A stretch of DNA of 64,000 nt from Takakia lepidozioides. Lineage: Eukaryota > Plantae > Bryophyta. The stretch covers positions 16,926,001-16,990,000 of the forward strand of contig CM060733.1 in the NCBI GenBank assembly GCA_030704615.1. Reading direction: 5' to 3'. Below are positions 1-10,002 of the stretch, one piece after another; position 1 is the stretch's first letter; every line of letters begins with the position of its first letter. The notes beneath the pieces were generated by a model. It saw only the letters and a program-made list of their open reading frames with translations, was not told the origin of the DNA and made no database searches. A program made the translations under genes and the position numbers.

Positions 1-172
1 CATTGTGATCACCACAATGGCCGGTTCAGAGGGAGTGCAGCACAAGCTGTGATACTAAATGACAAATTTCAGATTTCAAATGGACTCTTTCCACACGAAA
101 ACATTGGCGAATTGTGAACATTTCTGGACTTGCGTTTGACCCATGCAGGTTTTTTCATGCCTGTTACCTGTT

Positions 173-3100
173 TCACCAGTAATCCCCACAAGAGCAAACC
201 CCCTCTTGGAAGTGGTGAAAGCGGTATGCATCCCGGACAACAACTTCTCTCTCAACAATCTTCGAGATGAACTTGGTGGCAGAGTGGCAGTCACCACAGA
301 CCCGAAGATTCTTGATGATACGGATAGGTGTCCCAGGGGCTGTGCTGATGAGCCCAAAAGCAATGGCCAGCCTCTCACTGTGATGGCACAGAGAAAATTC
401 CTTTTGCTCCTCCTCCAAATCGTACAATGCAAAGCGTGTGTCAGGTTCGTAACCGGCCTCCTTCATTCGTCCAGACAATCTCCTCAGCTCAGCATGGATC
501 TCCTCAATTTGTGGATGCAATTTGTCTTCTGCAACAAACGTATGCACCTGATTGTCAACCTCAATGGAGCTGCACCCTGGCTCCTTTCTGATACCTCTGT
601 CCTCCATCATTTTCCTCACCTTTGCTGCATCATCCCACCTGCCAGCTGCAGCATAGACGTTTGATAGCAAGACATAAGCTCCAGAGTGCTGTGGCTCCAA
701 CTTCAGAAAACCTTTGGCAGCACGTTCTGCTAACTCCACCTTGCCATGAATTTTGCAGGCACCAAGCAAAGCCCCCCACACCAAAGCATCTGGTTCAATG
801 GGCATTTTATTGATGAACTCCTCTGCCTCCTCAATCCGTCCTGCACGGCCAAAAATGTCCACCATGCAGCCAAAATGCTCAATTGTAGGTGTAAGGTCAT
901 GATCTCCATTGATTGAATCAAAGTAGTGACGGGCTTCATCCACGAGGCCCACGTGGCTGCATGCAGAGAGTAACGATATGAATGTGATACTGTTCGGCTT
1001 AAATCCTTCCCATTGCATTTGTTCAAATAGTTGCAAGGCCTCTCTACCAAACCCATTCTGGGCACATCCTTTGATCATACCACTCCATGAGACCAAATCC
1101 CGTTTAGCAATATTGTCAAACACTCGCTGCGCATCTGTCATACTTCCACATTTGGCATACATGTCAACAAGGGCATTGTCTAAATTAATGTATGATGCAA
1201 TCCCAGCCATGATTATGTCAGCATGGACCTCTTTTCCCTTTTCGAGGGCTCCTAGGTTGGCACATGCATTGATAACACTAATGAAAGCGACGCTGTCAGC
1301 TGTTACACCTTCCTGTTGCATTTGTTTATAGGTTCTGAAAGCCTCTCTACCATGACCATCCTGGGCATATCCTGCGATCATCGTACTCCATGAGAACACG
1401 TTTCGTTTAGCCATACTGTCAAACACTTCACGTGCATCCTTCATGCTCCCACATTTTGCGTACATGTCAACAAGGGCGGTGTCTAAAATAATCTCTGGTG
1501 AAGTTACTGCTTTGATGATATCAGCATGGACCTCCTTTCCCTTATCCAGAGCTCCTAGACTTGCACACGCAGTCAGAACACTAGTGAATGTGACCCTATC
1601 AGGCGTCACCCCTTCCTGTTGCATTTGCTCATACATCTTGAAAGCTTCCTCACTACACTCATGCTGAACATATCCTGCAATCATCGTACTCCATGAGACT
1701 ACATCTCGTTTAGCCATATTACCAAATACTTGGTGTGCATCCTTCATGCTCCCACATTTGGCATACATGTCCACAAGTGCGTTCTCCAAAGTAATGACGG
1801 GAAGAATGTCAGCTTTCATGATGTCAGCATGGACCTCTTTGCCTTTTTCCAGGGCTCCTAGGCTTGCACATGCATTGACAACACAGATGGACGTGACCCT
1901 GTTCGGCATCCACCCTTCCACTTGCATTTGCTTGTAGATCTTCAAAGCCTCCCCACCACACCCATGCTGGGCATATCCTGCAATCATGACGTTCCATGAG
2001 ACCACATCTCGTTCAGGCATGTTGTCAAACGCTTGACGCGCATCCTTCAGGCTCCCACATTTAGCATACATGTCAACAAGTGTATTATGGAGATTAACAT
2101 ACGGTGGAGTTCCAGCCTTAATGATGTCAGCATGGACTTCTTTGCCTTTCTGCAGGGCTCCTAGGCTGGCACATGCATTGAGAGCGCAAATGAATGTGAC
2201 TTTGTCGCGCCTCACCCCTTCCTGTTGCATTTGCTCATAGACTTTGAAAGCCTCCTCAGCATGCCCTTGCTTGGCATACCCTGCCATCAGCATTGTCCAT
2301 GAAAACATATCTCGTTTAGGCATTTTGTCAAACACTTGGCGTGCATCCAGCATGCTCCCACACTTGGCATACATATTGACAAGGGCGTTCAACAGAAAGG
2401 TGTTTGGCTCGAATGCACTTCGTATAATGTGCGTGTGCACTTGCTTTCCCTCTCCTAGGCATTTCTTGTTGATGCACTCCTGCAAGAGACAGACATAGGT
2501 ATTCGAGTCTGCCTGAAATCCTGGTTGGCTCAAAATGTGCAGCGCCTCTTTCAGTCGTCCTGCCTTACATAAAGTGCTCACATTCCCAATGCCAGAAAAG
2601 TTCTTACTAATTCCCTCTCTCGAGCCTTTTTGCAAAGCAGTGTTGGTGGTGGATGTGCTACCACTGCCACCAGTCTGTTGTCCAACAAAGAATTGTGCCT
2701 GATTGAACCCTGCCATCCTGCATGACTCAAAACTCTTAATAAGCAACAAATGCTCTTAGACCACGGAAGTGCACAGTAAACTCCATCCGTACATTTGTAA
2801 GGAAACCAACGAAAGAGAAGAAGGATCACAAAGAACATCCTTTCTCCAAGAATTTGGTAAACCCATCTAACAATCAATCAGATAGAAGAAAGAAGAGACC
2901 GTTTAAGAGAATGTGGGAAAGACGGAAAAAACATGAAGCAGCAACAAACGCACAAGACTGCATCCTTGTACCTCTCAGAGAGACATTACAGTTTACAGGA
3001 GACCAGTTCTTGAATAGCAGTCTAACACTCAAATGACCATTACAATTGTGAAAAGACCTTGCCAAACATGGCCTTTGCATTTTTAGGGACCTCCTGGAGC

Positions 3101-5114
3101 GAAAAACGTCCGTCACGAGATTCCACAATTTGCCCCAGGGCTCAGCGTGGAATGTGGATTCTGGCCACATATGGTGTCTCGAATGCAAGACATTCTTTAT
3201 GACAGGTCAAAATCCTGGCCCTAGAACTTTCCAGGATTTTTGACCCCTGGGGACAGTTATCTCAAATCCTGTAAAGTTCTCGGGCCAGGACTTTACCTGT
3301 TACAGAAAACACAATGGGCACTAAAAAAGAACACCGAAAATGAGGGACAGAAACTTCAGACTAATGTGCAAGATCTAACCTTTATGAACTCCAAAATACT
3401 TCAAAGAAAGATCTCTTCATGAGAACATGATTATTCCTACATAGTGACAGAGGAATAAAACTACCAAGCTGTCTAATCATGGATTACATAGTATGAATTC
3501 TATCTATTTGCGAATGAACCCATAAACCATACCCATTGTATTCTCCACCTGGAGCATCATGCTGTACACTGACAATAGCACCATCCTCTTCTGCTTGACC
3601 TTGTATCCTGGCAGCTAGTTCTGCTTTGACCCAAGGCGGGGTTGATTGATTCTCAATCCAAAGGACATCTTTGGTGCCCTTGCGTCTGAAGTCTGGTGAT
3701 CTTGGATGTTTCTGTGAAAATGACCGATGGGCAGCTGAGCAGCCGTAGCTCTAACCACAGTCTCGCATACACCAAGCTATAACCACCAAAGCTCCACAAT
3801 CATCTCTTCAAACATCAGGCCACAACTTTGAATAAACAAACCAACTTCAATACTATGGTTGATTAACAACAGACTGCTCCAGCAACAGTGCAGGTGTAAC
3901 AGACCAAGACTTTGATTGTCATTAATCAAAGCAACTGAAACCAGGGTCCATTCTAACAAGATAGATCAAATTTGCTTTTCATGATGAAATGATCAATTCC
4001 TATTTCTTTTAGGCTCACCTTACTGGACCTGTTGTCCCGCCACTGTGATGGATCTGACATGAACTCCTTCCAAAGCTGGTCTATGCTTATTGATTGGTCT
4101 ACATGCAAACACCAATAAAACAAGTCCCTTAGCAGCTCGCAATTGTGGACGGCCTGTTAGTGTATTCTCTCTCTCTCTCTCTCTCTCCCTCCCACCCAAA
4201 AGTCTATGGCAAACGTCTCATGAGTACATTCTCTCCCCCCCAAACTGGGCGCAGGGTCTATGGCCACAAGGCTACGGCAAATAAAGTCTTATGAGTACAT
4301 CTCTCTCTCTCTCTCAGAGATTCAGAGTGAGTGAGTACTCATAAATACCCATAAGACTCAGATTCTACTAAAAATTATGTAAGCAATTGCAAGATTTGTA
4401 AGATTACATCTTCACAAATCTGAGTTTTTTGCAGGACTCATTAAGTTTCTATGTAAATCCTAGTGTCCATATTGACGGAGCTGGATCACGCCCAGATTTA
4501 TGATGTCATTAAACAAAACAGGACTCAATCCAAATAATCTAGACTGGACAAGTCTTGACATGACTAAAACTTACTCTCTTTCCGTCTAAACTGGGATGCG
4601 GGGATTATGGCCACAAGGCTACGGCAAACAAAGTCGTATGAGTACATTCTCTTTTAAGAAACAGATTGTTATGTCCTGGACTTCTGTGTCATCTCTGTGG
4701 TTCCCAAAGGACTAAATTACCGAATGATGTCAAAATGCTTGCGTTGGCTACGTGCGAGCTCCGTCACAATTCTCACCATGAGCATAAACTTGGTGGGTGC
4801 TACAGCAGCAAGCTAGCCATGTACGCCTCTCTCTCTTTCTTTGGACTCTGCCTGGGGGAAGGTATGATTGTGTCAAAGTGGACCCTAACCCTACAGGACC
4901 TTAGCGCAGGCGCCGGGATTTTCCAGGACGACTTTCAGCCTCGCTCTCTCTCTCTCACACACATGTGATGGATAGAAAGAAGCGGATTATACCACAATAC
5001 AATTCAGTGACCCAATACGAAACTCATGCTACTACCTTTCTTCTCTGGTCCTGGAGGCTTGGTAGGAGTCATAGCCATCCATTGCAAGGGTGCCAGGTCG
5101 AGGCGGATGCCCAT
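173..5114 (-). CDS. PPR gene 1: PDF-motif + PLS-class PPR + E1-E2-DYW (PG-type) C-to-U RNA editing factor; proposed exons 5114-5036, 4098-4019, 3711-3533, 2717-173 (~960 aa)
   Basis: Last exon: 17 P/L/S motifs, PG box (KEPGCSSIEV), HSERLA, CGDCH and terminal DYW. Upstream exons have canonical GT/AG ends with compatible phases and translate to LWKEFMSDPSQWRDNRSSK|KHPRSPDFRRKGTKDVLWIENQSTPPWVKAEL. The PPR-DYW exon is certain; the start codon is less so (alternative ATG at 2716). Confidence 0.85.
3195..3305. repeat. Long imperfect inverted repeat (hairpin or MITE-like) in intron 3 of PPR gene 1
   Basis: acaggtcaaaatcctggccctagaactttccaggattt pairs with aaatcctgtaaagttctcgggccaggactttacctgt; about 38-bp arms and a ~25-nt loop. 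Confidence 0.75.
3533..4098 (-). other. Two exons (4098-4019, 3711-3533) encoding an OSB-type PDF motif of PPR gene 1
   Basis: Translation matches the PDF consensus W..F...P..WWDNR..K..P..PDF..K.T...LW......P.WV...L. Splice sites: tgtag|AC, AAG|gtgag, cacag|AAA, GG|gtatgg. Confidence 0.85.
4202..4315 (+). mobile_element. Stacked, extremely 5'-truncated LINE 3' ends within a (TC)n tract
   Basis: caaactgggcgcagggtctatggccacaaggctacggcaaataaagtcttatgagtacat-(TC)n, plus a shorter copy at ~4202-4235; both match the 3' end of the LINE at 19942-20978. Confidence 0.8.
4583..4652 (+). mobile_element. 5'-truncated LINE 3' end
   Basis: aaactgggatgcggggattatggccacaaggctacggcaaacaaagtcgtatgagtacat, flanked by tctcttt on both sides (candidate TSD). 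Confidence 0.75.
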
Positions 5115-5732
5115 TTCAGCTCCACGGCTTGGCCGCTCAATTTACTGCACAATGTCACCACCCCACTGCAAGGACACGAGTACTTGATTATGGCTTCCCC
5201 CTGTGTGCTCAGGAGAGCTGTCATTCCTGTGGCTCAAATCTCCAACGAAAAAATTCTCAAGAAAGAAATCTCTGTTCAATGCTACGCTGGAGGCTTTGGC
5301 TGGATCCTCCATCATGACTGTCAAGGTTACACTGGAGCAGATGTCGTCATAAGCTGTGTTTGTTTGGATTTTTGTCAAGCCCTCTTTCTGAAGTGATCTC
5401 TCGGAATACAGAAATCCTGATTCAGTTCAATCCCTGATCACCCTGCAGGGCTACCCACCCACTTCCTGTAAGAGAGAAGAGGGAGGGAGACAAGGCAGTG
5501 TGGCAAAATTGATGCACACATTGGGTAAGTAGTTCACTTAGCGAGGCGTGCCATCTGGCCAAATCGGGGCTTCTGTATTGTGCCTTCAAACGCGAGATGA
5601 TCATAAAGTAATGTATTTTCTAGGATGAAATACCCATGTCCCCCACATTTAATCATCCCATTAGCACATATAATACAATACCTTTATATCTTTCCCTTTA
5701 TGCAACCTCTCTCTCATTTTGGCGTGACTGAT

Positions 5733-5827
5733 CAAAACCGAACGTCTCTCCTTCCACTCCTCACTCACCCAGTTGATACCAAAACCGAACGTCTCTCCTT
5801 CCCCTCCTCACTCACCCAGTCGATACT
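5733..5827. repeat. ~47-bp direct tandem duplication
   Basis: caaaaccgaacgtctctccttcc[a/c]ctcctcactcacccagt[t/c]gatac occurs twice in tandem. Confidence 0.85.
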
Positions 5828-6343
5828 GGGTCGATTACTGCTACCTAGTTGTAGCACTCCAAGGTGTTTCCATTTTTTAGTGACCTGGTGCTACTATGCA
5901 GGAAGCTCCATTGCAAACCTCACTTATGAAGGATGTATGGTCAGGAGCAAACCTGGGTTTCTGTCGTTGAGACTTTGTCAGGAGGTGATGCTAGATCTGT
6001 TTGATTGACTTTGTTGTCTTTACATTTCCCTTTCTTTATGGGGATCAACACTCAGAGGTTCTTGTACTCTTGTACAGTCACCTCAATTCAGTCATTTATA
6101 AAGCTTTGCAGAGTGAAGGATTGTGCAGGTTGAGATTTAATTTGACCATTTTGTAAGCATTATAGTGTTACGAGATGAGAGACATTGGAATGGTGACGAC
6201 ATCATCCCTGCGCCCGCTTTTTCAACCCCTACATGTGGTGTACCTACTACCCCTGATTTGATTCATTCACCTTCACTCCTGTAACAAAAGAAATTGACAA
6301 ATTATGACTTCCACCCTGAGGGGTTTCATGTGTGTCACTTGTT

Positions 6344-6672
6344 TCAGCAGCAAGTGCCACAAGGACAAACCCGTATTGGCACTGATGGAACACATAGTCA
6401 TCCCCGGACCCCTGTTGATGTGCCGAAGAGCATGACCACAGCAAGTTGTGGGGAAAATTGCCTTTGGTCCTCCAAATGATGTAATACTTGGGCACACGTC
6501 AGGCATATATACCGGTCATCTTCATCCATTCAGATACTCTCTCTAGTAGGGCATGGATCTGCAGGGAATGTCCTAGTGCAGGCATCTGGAGCCTTCCTCC
6601 GTTTCTCTTGCCTTGCTTTATCCACCCACCTGGCAGCCGCAGCACAGATGTCCGATACCAGCACAGAAGCTG
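6344..6672 (-). pseudogene. Decayed E2/E+/DYW remnant of PPR gene 2
   Basis: Frameshifted fragments ASVLVSDICAAAARW, QIHALLERVSEWMK, VLHHLEDQRQFS-PQLAVV, DYVFHQCQYG and VCPCGTCC* are colinear with the gene 1 and gene 4 C-termini. PG box, HSE and CxxC are missing. Confidence 0.8.
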
Positions 6673-9003
6673 CTATGGATCACTCTTCAGAAGGGTGTGT
6701 ACCACACGTTTCGCTACTTCCACATCACTGTGAATTCTACAGCCGCCAAGCAAGGCCTTCCATACTGCAGTATCTGGTTTGATTGGCATTAAATTAATTA
6801 AGTCCTCTGCCTCATGCAATCGCCCTGCCCGGCCAAGAAGGTCCACCATGCATCCAAAATGCTCCACTGTGGGAGTGAGGCCATGATCTTGACTCATAGA
6901 ATCAAAGTAGTGATGGCCTTCATCCACTAGGCCCACATGGCTGCATGCAGAGAGAACAGATATCAAGGTAATACTGTTTGGCTTGAAGCCTTCCTGTTGC
7001 ATTTGTTCAAATAGATGAAGGGCCTCCCTACCATACCCGTGCTGGGCATATCCTGTGATCATTGCACTCCATGAAACCACATCTAGTTCAGCCATGTTGT
7101 CAAACACTTGCTGTGCATCCTTCACCCTCCCGCATTTGGCATACATATCAATAAGTGCATTCTCCAAATTAATGCATGATGCAATCCCCGCTTTCCTGAT
7201 ATCAGCATGGATCTCTGTGCCCATTTCCAGGGCTCCTAGGCTGGCACACGCTTTGAGAATACAAGTGAATGTGACTGTGTTGGGCATCACCCCTTCCTGC
7301 TGCATTCGCTCATAGATCTCAAAAGCCTCCCTACCAAACCCATGCTGGGTATATCCTGTGATCATTGCACTCCACGAGACCACATCTCGTTTTGCCATAT
7401 TGTCAAACACTTGACGTGCATCATTCATGCTCCCGCATTTAGCATACATATCGACAAGGGTGTTCTCAATAATGATATTTGGAGTAACCCCAGCTTTGAT
7501 GACGTCAGCCTGGACCTCTTTGCCCTTTTGTAGGGCTCCTAGGCTGGCACACGCATTCAGAACACAAATATATGTGACCCCATCAGGTGCAACACCTTCG
7601 CATTGCATCTGCTCATAGATCTCTAAAGCCTCCCTACCACACTCAATGTGAGCATATCCTGCAATCATTGCACTCCATGATACTACATCTCGAGTAGCCA
7701 TGTTCTTGAACACCTGGCTCGCATACTTCATGCTCCCGCATTTGCAATACATGTTGACCAGGGTATTCTCCACAGTGATATTTGGCACAATTCCACTTCT
7801 GATAATGTCAGCATGCACCTGTTTGCCCCTTTCTAGGACTCCTAGCTTGGCGCATGCATTGAGAACACAAATGAATGTGACTCTGTCAGGTGTCCCACCT
7901 CCCCATTGCATTAGCTCATAGATCTCAAAAGCCTCCCTACCACAACCATGCTGGGCATATCCTGCAATCATTGCGTTCCATGAGACCACATCTCGTTTCG
8001 CCATATTGTCGAACACTTGACGGGCATCTTTCATGCTCCCACATTTAGCATACATGTCCACAAGGGCAGTCTCCAACTTAATATGTGACACAATTCCAGT
8101 TTTGATGATGTCAGCATGGACCTCTTTTCCCTTTGCGAGGGCTCCTAGGCTGGCACATGCATTGAGAAGGCAAATGAACGTGATCCTGTCAGGCTTGGCA
8201 CAGTCCCGTTGCATTTGCTCATAGATATCAAATGCCTCCCTACTTTGTTGAGCAGCACATCCAGCGATCATGGCATTCCATGAGACCACATTCCGTTGAG
8301 CCATATTGTCGAACACTCCATGCGCATCCTTCATGCTCCCGCATTTAGCATACATGTGGACAAGAGTATTCTCCAAATTTATATATGACACAATTCCAGT
8401 TTTCATGATGTCATCATGGACCTCTCTGCCCTTTTTGAGGGCTCCTAGGCTGGCACATGCATTGAGAATGCAAATGAACGTGACCCTGTTGGGCACCACC
8501 CCTTCCTGTTGCATTTGCTCATATATCTTCAGAGCCTCCCCACCAGACCCATGCTTGGCATATCCTGCAATCATTATGGTCCAGGTTAACACATCTCGCT
8601 GGGGCATTTTGTCAAATACATGGCGTGCATCTCCCATGCTCCTGCACTTGGCATACATATTGATAAGGGTGTTAAATAGAAACATGTTTGGCTTGAAACC
8701 ACTCTGGATCATGTGGGCATGCACCTGCTTTCCCTCTGTCAGAGCTTGCATGGTGATGCACTCCTCCAAGAGACAGACATAAGTATTACAGTCTGTCCAA
8801 ATGCCTCCTTGGTCCAACATGCACAGCACCTCCTTCAGGCGTTTTTCCTTGCGTAGGGTCCTCATGTCCCCACCGGTACCAGCGGAGTTCGGACTGACTC
8901 CCTCTCTCGGTCCGTTTCTTAAAGCAGTAGTGATGGTGGAAGTGCCGCCCTTGCCACTAATCTGGTGTCCAACAAACAATTGTGCCTGATTCCAACGTGC
9001 CAT
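6673..9003 (-). CDS. PPR gene 2: PLS-class PPR (20 motifs) truncated after E1, no functional DYW
   Basis: Open frame of ~776 codons from ATG 9003 (another ATG at 9036) with six L-S(-P) units, P2-L2-S2 and E1; stops at ...LKSDP*. Confidence 0.85.
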   Translation of the reverse strand: MARWNQAQLFVGHQISGKGGTSTITTALRNGPREGVSPNSAGTGGDMRTLRKEKRLKEVLCMLDQGGIWTDCNTYVCLLEECITMQALTEGKQVHAHMIQSGFKPNMFLFNTLINMYAKCRSMGDARHVFDKMPQRDVLTWTIMIAGYAKHGSGGEALKIYEQMQQEGVVPNRVTFICILNACASLGALKKGREVHDDIMKTGIVSYINLENTLVHMYAKCGSMKDAHGVFDNMAQRNVVSWNAMIAGCAAQQSREAFDIYEQMQRDCAKPDRITFICLLNACASLGALAKGKEVHADIIKTGIVSHIKLETALVDMYAKCGSMKDARQVFDNMAKRDVVSWNAMIAGYAQHGCGREAFEIYELMQWGGGTPDRVTFICVLNACAKLGVLERGKQVHADIIRSGIVPNITVENTLVNMYCKCGSMKYASQVFKNMATRDVVSWSAMIAGYAHIECGREALEIYEQMQCEGVAPDGVTYICVLNACASLGALQKGKEVQADVIKAGVTPNIIIENTLVDMYAKCGSMNDARQVFDNMAKRDVVSWSAMITGYTQHGFGREAFEIYERMQQEGVMPNTVTFTCILKACASLGALEMGTEIHADIRKAGIASCINLENALIDMYAKCGRVKDAQQVFDNMAELDVVSWSAMITGYAQHGYGREALHLFEQMQQEGFKPNSITLISVLSACSHVGLVDEGHHYFDSMSQDHGLTPTVEHFGCMVDLLGRAGRLHEAEDLINLMPIKPDTAVWKALLGGCRIHSDVEVAKRVVHTLLKSDP

Positions 9004-9177
9004 CCGGCATGGCTGCAAACTCTTCCTTATAGACATTAACACTCAAACTGCCATAATCTATCTCAAAAGTTTGAATTGAGAACCCTTCTGGAGGACAGTC
9101 TTTTCGGATATCCGGACCACTCCTGTTGGCAATTACCTGTTTGAGTTGGGATGTTTGAATCGTCATCAAAACAACAC

Positions 9178-9819
9178 CCATTATATTCTTGGCCTCCAGC
9201 TGTATGGTGTACATCGACGATAGGACCATCACCAGATTGCGCCCGACCTTGTGTCATGGCTAGCTATGCATTCACCGATGGGCGGCTCGCACTCCCAACG
9301 TCCTCTCTGTGCTTATATCTGTCTGTTGATATTGACTTCTCCGCAATAACCACAAGTGGTCAGCTCAGTAGCCATGGCTTCATCACAGCCTTGCATGGAC
9401 CAGGATAGATCCACCATAGTTCCACACGCATCGGTTCAAACAATAGGCCACGAAATGCGCACAGGGTTGCAGTTTGTACCTTTCTTCGTTTTCCTGGGAG
9501 GTTTTGGAAGAGTCACAGCCATCACTTGCAAAAGTCCTGGATCCGTCATTGGCGAAGCGCATGCCCGTTTCGGCTCCACAACCTGTCCCGTTAATCTGAT
9601 GGATGATGGCAGGCATCCCGCCCTGGCACGGGGAAGAGAAGACAAGGCCTTGGGTACGGTGTCCCCACGCACCAGACGCTCTACCATCTCCGTCCGAGAG
9701 CGAACAAGAAGCGTTACTTCGCACCAGTCTACCTTGCATCCAACATAACAACGAAGGAGTGCGGTGATGATCCCAGGGGAGGATGGGTCGACGCCCACAT
9801 GACTATGCAGATGACCCAT
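9178..9819 (-). pseudogene. Upstream exon homologues of PPR gene 2 (exon 1 ~9819-9480; degenerate PDF exon ~9340-9178)
   Basis: DPGLLQVMAVTLPKPPRKTKK|gt resembles gene 1 DLAPLQWMAMTPTKPPGPEKK|gt. TQGRAQSGDGPIVDVHHTAGGQEYNG resembles IQGQAEEDGAIVSVQHDAPGGEYNG. PDF core is broken and acceptors are mutated (CGG, CCG). Confidence 0.65.
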
Positions 9820-10002
9820 CTGCAAATTCCCCCTGTCGATTGAGGAACGGCCAAGTAAGCAGGGCGTGATTTGAACGAACCTTCTCAAAATGCAACAAAT
9901 ACTCGCGACTTTCTTCCCGTTCCTGTCACGGCCTGCGAAGAAGATGAAGAATTCGTCAACGCCTGACACTCGGTGCGGAATGTTAGAAGCTGTGCGGTGG
10001 TA

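Noticed and set aside
6420-6450. CCGHAL in ORF 6273-6506, resembling the CGHAE of DYW:KP (U-to-C) editors
   Set aside because: Homology to the paralogous DYW lies in another frame (FS-PQLAVV); there is no catalytic Glu, KP box or GRP/DRH end.
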